A DNA stretch of 20,000 bases, taken from assembly GCA_050230475.1 (NCBI GenBank), contig JBFLGF010000134.1, positions 51,611 to 71,610 on the forward strand, given 5' to 3'. Both the position numbers and the translations under genes were made by a program. Positions 1 through 9,544 of the stretch are shown one piece after another (the first letter of the stretch is position 1; every line of letters starts with the position of its first letter). The stretch comes from Ancylonema sp. (Eukaryota). The notes below the pieces were generated by a model. It saw nothing but the letters and a program-made list of their open reading frames with translations. It did not search any database and had not been told where the DNA came from.

Positions 1-591
1 CGAATTTCTAAAACCATGATGCACATGACGGCGTTTGTGTGCATGCCCACGTGCGTTATTACCTATATATTTGTGGGTAATATACGCATTGCAATCATAA
101 TCCTTGTGGAAGCATGTGTCGTCAGCTTGTGTGTTATGTGTCACTTACATGACGGTCTGGTCTATGGCAATAAATAAAATGCTAGCACATAAATATACTG
201 ATATGAAATTATAATGTATCATATGTTTTTGTGTCAACGCCCAGTCAGAAGGACCCACATTTTTTATACCTTTGTTACAAATGTTTTTTGACGGAAGAAA
301 AGCATTCTCATGAAGCACGAATTGGCGATTTTTTTCGTGAAGTCTGAATATACACACAGAAAACACGTGAACCAAAAACCTACGGTGATTGGTACCAAAT
401 GATGTCTTCGCCCACAACGTTGTTGATGTTTTAATAACGCTCGCAACATAGTACATCCCCAGACCGTAATTCTCTTACGTGTAAGCGGCTTCATCATGGT
501 GGAACTAAGTCTCCGCATTTTTAACGGTGTAACTTGGTTCGGGCAACTTTGGGTACAAAAGCATGTATAGAAGGGCACCTTATGAGGGAGC

Positions 592-1055
592 TTTAAGCTT
601 TTGAGTGATTAGACGTGCAAGAGATTTGGTGGGCGACAAAACGAACCGTACGCAAAAGGATCTCTATCACTGATGAGCAACGAGACAGGAGTTGCGTGTG
701 TGGAACGAATTCATTATTGTGATCGCATCGGGGATGGTAATACCCGATGCGTTTTACATGTTGTTGTGTGCCGACGGTCGGTACAATTGACCGTCGGCCT
801 ATCTATCGCTAAGTGACAACTCATCTACGTGTCAACGGCACATGCCGGACACTCCTGACACGACTAAAACAAACCAATCACGACACGTCAAGCAATAACG
901 ACTCTAAGTGAAGTGTCGACAACAGATTAGGTGCCCGGACACAATCGTGCCCGGCCCCGCATATAAGCACATCTAGGAATATTGCTTGCTCCCGGTTAGA
1001 GTAACCGGTTACAATTGGACTAGCAAGCATAAAGTATATCCAAAATAATCCAACA
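592..1055 (-). repeat. 3' LTR of copia-1 (minus strand TGTTGG...CTTAAA)
   Basis: Aligns with 6839-7253 (shared tttaagcttttgagtgatt...ccaaca/ccagca). Begins directly after the PPT on the minus strand. Confidence 0.92.
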
Positions 1056-1064
1056 CACCCCCTC
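1056..1064 (-). promoter_or_regulatory. Polypurine tract of copia-1
   Basis: Minus strand GAGGGGGTG immediately before TGTTGG of the 3' LTR. Confidence 0.85.
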
Positions 1065-1745
1065 GGATGTCATGCTAAAGTTGGCATAGATGTGGACATC
1101 CAAGGGACTACCCTAGTTATAGCTAAATTATGGCAGAACCATTGCATAGCCTATGAAGTAGTGTGGTCTTTCCTAGCATACAAGCGTGCTAGGGGGGCCT
1201 ATCTACAAATGCAGCTGATCGGAAGCCGATCGGAACTTCAAAACGTCGATAGCTCCAGATCCGTAGTCGTCTTTTTTCAGGCCGAAGCCCTGAACATACA
1301 AACAAATACCACAAGTTAGGCGAAAAACAAAAAACTTAAGAAAATATTATTTTTGACTTTTTCACTTTTCATAATGTTTTTTGACTTTTGTACTTTCGTC
1401 TGGAAACTTCAAAACAGCATAACTTCAAAAGTCGAACGTATCAGCATCCAATTTTGACACAAGTTTCGCAATATTAATGAAAACATACATTCTGAAATTC
1501 AGCGCAAACGGACAGCTTTAAAGTTGAGCAGATCTGCACTTTCTGATCTGACCTTAAGTGTCCTTAGTTGTTCTTAAGACGAGGTATTAAGGCAAGAGTG
1601 TGACTTAGCTGGATGGGCTGAAGTTGTTGTACCCTCCCCATATGAACTTCTGCATAAAATAAACACAAAACACACCCCTTGCCAACATGCATGGCATTCG
1701 AAACCTCCATAATAAAATAAAAGGAAAAAGACTGACACCCCCAGT

Positions 1746-3198
1746 TCAGTATATCCGTCCAAAACCTAGACTTTTGCTGTGTCTGTCCAGTAAAACTTGT
1801 GGGAGAGCTTTGGTTAGCATATCTGCTGGTTGATTTTCCCCTGCAAGGTACACATACTTTAGTCGTCCAGTGCTGTGGCATTCCCGTACCCAGTGATAGA
1901 CCACATTAAAATGTTTCGCTTTCTGTCGTTGCACAGGGTTCTGAATCATGGAGAGAGCAGACGTAGAAGTGTGGATTGTTATATGGTTTGGAAACTTGAG
2001 TTCGTGCAAGAGAGACCTTAGATAGCAGCATTCTTTAGATACACTACAAGCAACGATATATTCAGCCTCAGCAGTACTCTGTGCAACAGTAGACTGTTGA
2101 CTTCCAACTTAGTGTTGTTCCCCCAACCGTGGTTACCCATCCTGTGACTGACTTTCCTGTCATACTCAGCTGTTCCATGATGCATCACAGTAACTCTTAA
2201 CTTCAAAGCTGTCTTTTCCCACAAACGTCAGTCCGTGATTGACAGTCCCTTTCAGGTATCTGAATAGTGGATGTAGTGCCCTTATGTGTGCGACCCCAGG
2301 ATTACCCGTTTTTTTAGCCGTTACCCCTAGTGCATATGCGATGTCCAGTCTGGTTTGTTTCAAATGAGAGATCCCACTTTTCCTCGAAAGTCTGTTATTT
2401 CATCAGGGGTAGGTAGAAGGTTTGGTTTATCATCTTGCGTAAACTGTGTTCCACTGGCGAGTGGGAGTTTTGTTGGATTACATTCATGCAGTCCGTACCG
2501 TTCTAGAACCCCCTTTAAGAATCTTGAGTGTCCCAGTGTGAGCAGTTTTCTTTGTCTGTCCCTCTTCACTTCCACCCCCAAGATATGGGTTAGGGGACCC
2601 AGATCCTTGACTTTAAACTTTTTACTTTTTACCCATGTCCCCTTTAAATGTTTTGACCACCATTGCGTTAGGACCTGTGATCACTGACCAAATTGATGAC
2701 CTGATCATCTACATGAATGCCCAGTATGATTCTGCTGTCCCCCTCTCCCCTCATGTATATGCAAGTATCCATTACACATTGTTTAAACCCTTGAGATATC
2801 ATAAATTTTTTGAACATTTCTTGCCACACGTGGCTACTCTCTTTCAGTCCGTACAAAGCACCCTTTAGTCGTAAGACCTTTCCCTCAGCTCCCCCTTTTA
2901 TATACATACGTGGTGGTATTTTCATATATACTTCTCCAGACGCATGCAGGAACGCTGTTATCACGTCCATTTGTTCCAGTTCCCAGTCAAAGTGGTTTGC
3001 TATAGAGAGGAGTAGAGTGATAGATGTACTGTCGATTACTGGTGCAAATACTTCATTATAGTCAATTCCCTCTTGCTGTAAAAATCCATGTGCGACCAGT
3101 CTAACTTTATATCTTTCAATATCCCCCTTAGGTGTTATTTTGACCTTAAAAACATAGCGACACCCCACAACCTTTTTACCTGGAGGAAGAACACACAC
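1746..3198 (-). pseudogene. pol: Copia reverse transcriptase and RNase H, frameshifted
   Basis: RT motifs GKKVVGCRYVFKVK, YKVRLVAHGFLQQEGIDYNEVFAPV, QMDVITAFLH, ALYGLKES, HVDD. RNase H motifs SYCDASW, AKHFNVVYHWVRE, NQPADMLTKALP. Split across ORFs 2668-3198, 2360-2581, 2166-2363 and 1746-2009. Confidence 0.93.
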
Positions 3199-3697
3199 CT
3201 CAAAAGGTGTTGGACGTCTCCAAGGCAGCGAGCTCTTCGACGACGGCTCTGTCCCACTGGTCCCAGTCTGGCCTCCTCATGGCATGGTTGAGGGTGAGTG
3301 GCTCGGAGGAGTTGTTGGATGATGCGACGTTGGCGTAGCGAGGGTCTACTAGACCGTTGAAGCTAGTGAAGAAGCAGCTGGGCTCCCACTCAGTCGCTGA
3401 GTAGTTGGCGTGTGCCTCGTCGTCGAACTCCTCCCCATCACATCACATAATGTCGCCATACTGGGCAAAGTTGGCTCTACGTCTAGCCATTACCCTGTCT
3501 GCTATGCTGCCTGGCTCCCCCATTTCTGGATTTGCACCCCCTCCGTGCACCTCCTCCTCCCCTGCATCTCCACCTTCTGCATTGTTGATCCCAGACTGGC
3601 TGTCATACAGCTCAATCGCAATGATGGGGACCTCAGCAACTTGTGGTTGGAAGTCGTCGTGCTGAAGATTGTTGGCATCTAGAGCTGGGGCTGGTGT

Positions 3698-3739
3698 TGC
3701 TGGAGCTGCTAGAACTGCTGGAGCTGCTAGAACTGCTGG
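3698..3739. repeat. 18-bp tandem repeat (about 2.3 copies) in the IN-RT linker, encoding PAVLAA repeats
   Basis: tgctggagctgctagaac twice, then tgctgg. Confidence 0.85.
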
Positions 3740-3871
3740 TGCTGGCATTGGCAGCTACACGATTGCTGGCATGTTGGGGGGAACTGCTGCTGCTGGCACG
3801 ACTGCTGCTGGTGGTTCATCTTTGGTGTCGGGGAACAGATAAAAGAAGTGTTTTCCTGCTGCTGCCTCAAC

Positions 3872-4800
3872 CTAGGGAGCTCCCCCCCCCTTCAGTTTTG
3901 GGTACCCCGGCACCTCCTCGAAGAACCGCACGTCCGTGCGTGCACTCACCCCCACCCTATGAGAGTCGAACACGTTGTAGCCTGCACTCCCCGCAGCCAT
4001 CCCCAGAAACACACCAAAACACGTGCGAGGAGCAAACTTGACCCCTTGCCTGTTCTTTTCTGCCCCAAATTTTAAATATTGCACCAGACACCCAAAGTTA
4101 TGACTTTTGTTCATTTTTAACTTCTTTCCCTCCCAGACTTTTCAATCGGTATCTTGCCAGCAAGCGACTTAGTCGGTGTTCTGTTTCTTAACCAGTTTGC
4201 ATGCAACACTGCAACATGCCAATATGACTTTGGTAAACCTGACCAAATTAGTATGCATCTCATCTTTTCTGTCAAACTTCTGTTCAGTCTCTTACAGATG
4301 CCATTTTGTTCAGGACTGTATGCTTCTGTGGTTTGTTTGTCAATTCCCTTCCCCCCACAGTAGTTCATCCAGTCCTGAGACACATACTCCGCACCCTTGT
4401 CTGTCCTGATAGACTGTAGTGGCAACCCTGACTGTACTTCGAGCAACTATAGTGACCTTTGCTCGGTTCAGTGCTTCATCTTTTGTTTTCAGTAGACTGA
4501 CAAATGACAGACGTGTGGACACCTCAATGCGTGTCTGAGCATACGTGAAAGCCCCATTAGCAGACCTAACAGAAAGAGGTCCAATCATATCCAGGTGAAT
4601 GCGTCCCATCTTGGGGCATGTTCCCATATCTTCGCTGGCCTTGGCGTGACTCAATTGACTCATTTTACCCTGACAGCAAACCTGACAACCCTTGACCTCA
4701 GCTAATTTATCTGGACTTAACTTCGGTATGTCCCCACGTCTAACGAAATCTGACATAACATCAGCACCGGGGTGACCCAGTTTGTGATGCCAGATCATGC
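3872..4800 (-). pseudogene. pol: Copia integrase (HHCC region, DDE core, SH3-like C-terminus), frameshifted
   Basis: IWHHKLGHP...CQVCCQGK; IHLDMIGP; IRTDKGAEY; SPEQNGICKRLNRSL (K where the catalytic E is expected); FGCLVQY...KFAPR...VFLG...RTDVRFFE. Confidence 0.92.
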
Positions 4801-5074
4801 CTGTGGATAAGTTTGCTGTGGTATTGTGAGACCCAGGCATGATGATGGTAGAAGCTAGCAAAGTGAGACCACTAGGCCGTTCCACTACATCTGCCCATTT
4901 CACATTCCCCTTTTTCAATTCTGGACCCGTGGGCAGCTGTAAGAAGCTCAGCCCACCTGTTTTGACGAGGCATGAAGTCGACACGAGGGTGCAGGCAAAG
5001 GTAGTGTCAGGGATCAGCATCTCGGTATATATTGTATATGTGCTGTCCAAGTCCCATCTTGGACATTGTGCCTT

Positions 5075-6581
5075 TTATGGCCCGGTTGTGAAGTCGTTGA
5101 AAGTACAGACTGGCGACGGTCGTAACACAAAGGTAGGGACGTGGATCGAGTTGAGAGGCTGCACGAAGAACGTGTTGCCGTTCCTAACTCGGATGTGCAC
5201 GAAACCCGTGCCTGCTTCCTTGTGTGAAGAGCCGTCAGCAGTGGTGATGAAGGCTCTTTGCGTGCTCAGGGTCGGGGTGTACTCCACAAACTGTTCACGC
5301 TCGGTGAAGATGTGGTCAGTAGCCCCTGAATCCAGGATAAGAGACTCTTTGTGAGAACCAGCAGAGAAAGCTCGAGCAACATCAAATGAGAATGCACCAA
5401 ATGCAAGATAATCCACATTAGCATCGAAAGGTATGTCAGCAAAGCGAGCAAGTCGTGCCTGTGCGTCAGCCTTTCGGGCAACTTCTGGGTTCATCAATGC
5501 CATGTCAGATGCTCGTTTTCTACATGTGTCAATTGAATGCCCTAGATTGTTGCAATATCTGCACTTGATTTTCCCCCCTAAACTTCCGATGTACGTGTAC
5601 GACATTGGCAGCTCTGCTGGCGATGTTGCAAGGCACTGAGCAGCTCTATGGCGTGCTTGGTGGCACCTGTGGCATTTCCCAGCTCCGGCATAGCCTCCTC
5701 CCACGGCTGGTGAAGAGCAGTTGGCCCTGATGTGGCCGAATTGGTGGCAGTTGTAGCAGTCGATGCCACCAGCGTCTCTGCGACCAGCTCCACCCCCATT
5801 ACCAGGTCTGCTGCTGCCTCCAGCTCCGCTACCCCCTCCAGGTCCACCATAGTTTGCTTGGTGACCTCTTGGCAGCGCGCCCCTTTTCCGCTCGTTCAAC
5901 TCCTTCCGGACGTCGTCGCGCAGCAGCGCACTCACGATGTGAGGAATCGTGAAGAGGTGTGGTGACGACTACGACCACGGCATGAGCGAAGAAACCATAG
6001 GGCTGTAATGGGTGTTGAGGGAGTTTAGCAGGTTGATCGCTTGCTTCATCGGCGTCACAGGTGCACCCAGGTTCTTCAGGTCCTGGTGAATCTGCTGCAG
6101 CCGCTTCACATAGGCGTTGAGGTCCTCAACCTCCGCCTGAATCACAACGCTCTGCAACGCCTCAGTGTTTGCTATTTCGATAGCTCCCTGCACCATGTAG
6201 AATGTCCTGAGGGCTTCCCACATCCCGGCATGTCGTGCAGTCCGTGACGTGCGTGAGCTCCGAAGGACCCAAATGTTTCACAATGTAGGACACAGCCAGA
6301 TTATCTTCGTCCCATTTCTCGAGCTGCGGAAGCTGCTGGGAAATCTTCTGCTGCTCCCTAGCCATTCTCTCGATATCCACATCGATCCCCCTAGCAACAA
6401 GATGCAGCTCATTCTCTGGTGTCAATGGCATTATAACTTTTGGACGACACCTCCGAAGCAGGCTATCCCAATCCATGACAACACGATGCAGCTTCTTATC
6501 TGCTAACCTATACTTGACCTTAAAGGCCCATCCTATGTAATCTGCTCCTGTAAACTGCGGGATTTGGGATCTATCCGACAT
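5075..6581 (-). pseudogene. gag: Copia Gag (three CCHC knuckles) and aspartic protease, frameshifted
   Basis: N-terminus MSDRSQIPQFTGADYIGW (copia Gag F.G.NY..W pattern); MWEALRTFY...YVKRLQQI...LG; CYNCHQFGHIRANC, CHRCHQARHRAAQC, CRYCNNLGHSIDTC; protease LILDSGATDH. Confidence 0.9.
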
Positions 6582-6827
6582 TATGGCAGCGATTGTATAG
6601 TAAGATTCCACGAGAATTCTCACGCAGCTCGAGCTCTCAGTGCAATTCCTGCAATGCAGCAGTCAGCTCGATTCCTTGCACCGTAATGTCGAAATTACGT
6701 ACAGCACCTAACAACTACGGCTAAATTTGCCCTCCCTCGCAGAATATACCGTTTTCAGAGATCTTTGCAGCGAATCGCGTGGAGCCTGTAGTTTTTAACC
6801 AACACGGCGTCTAAACTAGACCGCACG

Positions 6828-6838
6828 TGGGCCCATCC
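6828..6838 (-). promoter_or_regulatory. Primer-binding site of copia-1 (internal tRNAiMet-fragment type)
   Basis: Minus strand GGATGGGCCCA directly after the 5' LTR. Resembles the Drosophila copia PBS GGTTATGGGCCCA with TT missing. Confidence 0.65.
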
Positions 6839-7253
6839 TTTAAGCTTTTGAGTGATTTTAGATGTGCAGGAGATTTGGTGGGCGACAAAACGAACCGTAC
6901 GCAAAAGGATCTCACTGATGATCAACGAGACAGGAGTTGCGTGTGTGGAACGAATTATTATTGTGATCGCATCGGGGATGGTAATACCCGATGCGTGTTG
7001 TGTGCCGACGGTCGGTACAATTGACCGTCGGCCTATCCTTGAGTGAGTGACAACTCATCTACGTGTCAACGGCACCGGACACTCCTGAAACAAAGCAATC
7101 ACGACACGTCAAACATTAACGACTCTAAGTGTCGACAACAGATCAGGTGCCCGGACACAATCGTGCCCCCGCATATAAGCACATCTAGGAAGCTCCCGGT
7201 TTAACGTTACATGGACTAGAGCATAAGGTATGGCTATCCAAAATATTCCAGCA
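6839..7253 (-). repeat. 5' LTR of copia-1 (minus strand TGCTGG...CTTAAA)
   Basis: Direct repeat of 592-1055, about 49 bp shorter because of many small indels. Confidence 0.92.
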
Positions 7254-7419
7254 GGAGAGCTCTGATTTGTTACTTTCGTTGAAACTCATATACAACGAGG
7301 TATTACATGGGCTTTCATAAGATGATACACGGGCTTTCATGTATGGATGTTATCTCTAAACTTAATTGGAAGGCAAAAATATATTAAAGATGTTTGTTTG
7401 TTTAGCACTTGTGGTAATA

Positions 7420-7845
7420 ATGCTTGCTTTAATGCCTCAGCTCTACTCCTCGTTTTCGCGAGACGACAATCGTAAGATTCATAAGTGTGGAACCAAAGAT
7501 ATTGCGCAAAAAGTTGGCGTACAAAGATCTTCTACAATCAAGGTATGGAATGAATATTCTGACCATGATATTTTTATGTCATTATTTGTGATTACGCAAG
7601 CATGCACGTCATGTCATCTCTAGTCTCCATTACTCAAATCTTATTGGTTGCCTACGGTTGTGCATTTTGTACGATTATATATTTTCCGACACAATGTATG
7701 AAGAGCCACAAGATTTTAGGCGAACCCTTGCTAAAAAGATACAACGTGCTAGCAATTGTCATCCATTATTCTTGTTTGCGCGATGCTTCCTTGAAGAAGA
7801 GTTATTGTTTCTACAAGATTGACAATAATGATTTTGATGCAATTC
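7420..7845 (+). pseudogene. Possible highly decayed N-terminal part of a Tc1/mariner-type transposase
   Basis: HTH-like GTKDIAQKVGVQRSSTIKVWNE. In other frames RRTLAKKIQRASNCHPL and YCFYKIDNNDFDAI loosely resemble plant DD39D mariner linker motifs. No catalytic motif seen. Confidence 0.25.
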
Positions 7846-8589
7846 GAAGAGAAGAAGGAGAGCGTCTACGAGGGATACATGCTGACCGAGTCGGAAGCAG
7901 AGATTGTACCTGAGAAATCGACAATCTCCGAGGCAACTTCTGAGGCAGTCCCTGGCGGAAAAATGCGTCAACATCGGAACGAGAAGAAAGGAGTGCGCTG
8001 GCTTATGGACTCAGGGTCCACGCATCACATCTGCACGGAAGTCAACTCGTTTCATAGTTTGGACTGTGCTGAAAAGGAGATAATGTTGCGTTTTATGACA
8101 GGGACGATAAGAGTTACTCATGTGGGAACAGTTCTGCCAGAACTTGATGGGGAATTCGGGAAAATGGTCACTCACATGTGCGGAGTACTCCACATCCCTG
8201 ATGGAAGTGTGAACCTCTTGTCCACGCAGAAGTTGATGGAAGACAGGATCCTTCCCTTTTATTACCTGCAACATGGCAAGGTGATCTTCAGCCGCGTATA
8301 TGGCTCCAACCTGGAACATGGACGAGTCGACAACAACAAAGTGCATCAGCTCGCCACGGCCACCTTGGACAACAACCTCAGAGCCTACCTGGACGGGAGA
8401 GTGTGCTACACGAAGGAGTTCGTGGGGAGGAGTCATCTATACGTGCACATTGACTTGTGTGGAAAGCAGCCACCTGAGAGGAAATGCATCATTGGGTGGG
8501 GTTCGGAAGGATGGAGGGTGACAAAAAATCATATGCGAAGGGAAATTTCAACAAAATTCCAGTTTGGAAAGACCTGCCAAGAGAAGTAA
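7819..8589 (+). pseudogene. Copia-type aspartic protease plus integrase-like remnant (ORF start unreliable)
   Basis: WLMDSGSTHHIC...VGTV...VLHIPDGSVNLLSTQKL matches the copia protease pattern W.LDSGAS.HM...VLYVP.L..NLLS. VHIDLCG (8443-8463) resembles the first integrase Asp motif. Confidence 0.8.
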
Positions 8590-9249
8590 GGCACTGGATC
8601 ATGAGAGGAGAAGTAAATGAAGAATCAGAAGCCATGATGTTGAGCGGTCTGAGTGAAATTAGCAGCAACAGGTATGCATCTGACCACTCACTTCAGCGAA
8701 CACAGTACAAGGACGCATCAGCCATGATCCAGAGGCCAGAAAGCAACGAGGACATCAATGAGCGAGTGGGAAAATATTTTCGCATCATCAACAAAAGCCA
8801 GGCAACCACATAGAAGACAAGGAAGTGAGCCAGGAAGTTGAATCTTTTCGAAAAGTGAAGTTGGAAGAAGAGGACGTGCCTGAGCTAGTGGATGAGGGTG
8901 AGGAGGAATGCGAAGAGGAAGAAGCAGCAAAGAAGAGGCGCGTGCAGGAGCTACTTGAGAAGTGGGAGGCTTTGCAGATTCACCGAAAGGTACTCGGGAT
9001 CGTCCACAGGCCAGGAAGGAGCAAGACAACGGACGAAGAATGCATACTGAGAGCATCAATCAAGGGAGCAGAGCGGGATTGAAGAACATTGGAAAGATCA
9101 AGTACCAGGGGAGCAGGATGCGATTACTGCATGTTCCAGAGCGTATGGCAAGGGTGGACAAGATTGTCGAAAATGGCTGGGAGCCTGAGGACATCAAGAA
9201 CAAGAATGAAGAGAGTGACGAAGAATACGAAATATACATCGACGAGTAA
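8484..9249 (+). pseudogene. Orphan charged/acidic coding stretch inside copia-2 (broken ORFs 8484-8813, 8825-9082, 8962-9249)
   Basis: Consecutive same-strand purine-rich ORFs with coding-like E/K-rich composition. No recognisable domain. Confidence 0.4.
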
Positions 9250-9536
9250 TGAGATAATGGAACTAAATAAAGTGCGGTGTTGCTAAAGGGAGAAAAGAAA
9301 GAAGTGAGTCAGATGGTACAATGTCATAAGTACAAGTTTTTTTGTTGAAAGTGAAAAGATAAGGAACGTGGAATAGACAAGAGAAAGTCATAGGTTCCAC
9401 ACTTTGTACAATAAGATTGGGGAGTGAGGAGATCAAGGAAATGTGGGATGTCAACATTGAGGGGTGTAGCACGATTGAAGGCACCAGACAAATAAGGTGT
9501 GAGAACTAAAGAAAGGGGGGATATGCATTTTCAATT

Positions 9537-9544
9537 AGGGGGTG
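9537..9544 (+). promoter_or_regulatory. Polypurine tract of copia-2
   Basis: AGGGGGTG directly before TGTTAG, the same PPT/LTR junction pattern as copia-1 (GAGGGGGTG|TGTTGG). Confidence 0.75.

Larger units (their letters stand above)
592..7253 (-). mobile_element. Full-length degenerate Ty1/copia LTR retrotransposon (copia-1)
   Basis: Direct repeats at 592-1055 and 6839-7253 flank minus-strand domains in copia order Gag-PR-IN-RT-RH. PPT and PBS are at the expected positions. Approximate TSD: GGAGC (587-591) vs GGAGAGC (7254-7260). Confidence 0.95.

Noticed and set aside
1..591. ORFs 145-456 and 264-578 as host or viral genes
   Set aside because: Short, overlapping, and with no recognisable family; a call cannot be supported.
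1056..1745. Extra ORF or regulatory array in the copia-1 3' untranslated region (aacttcaaaa x3, ttttgactttt x2)
   Set aside because: The motifs are short, AT-rich and irregularly spaced, and ORFs 1092-1319 and 1574-1762 show no domain.
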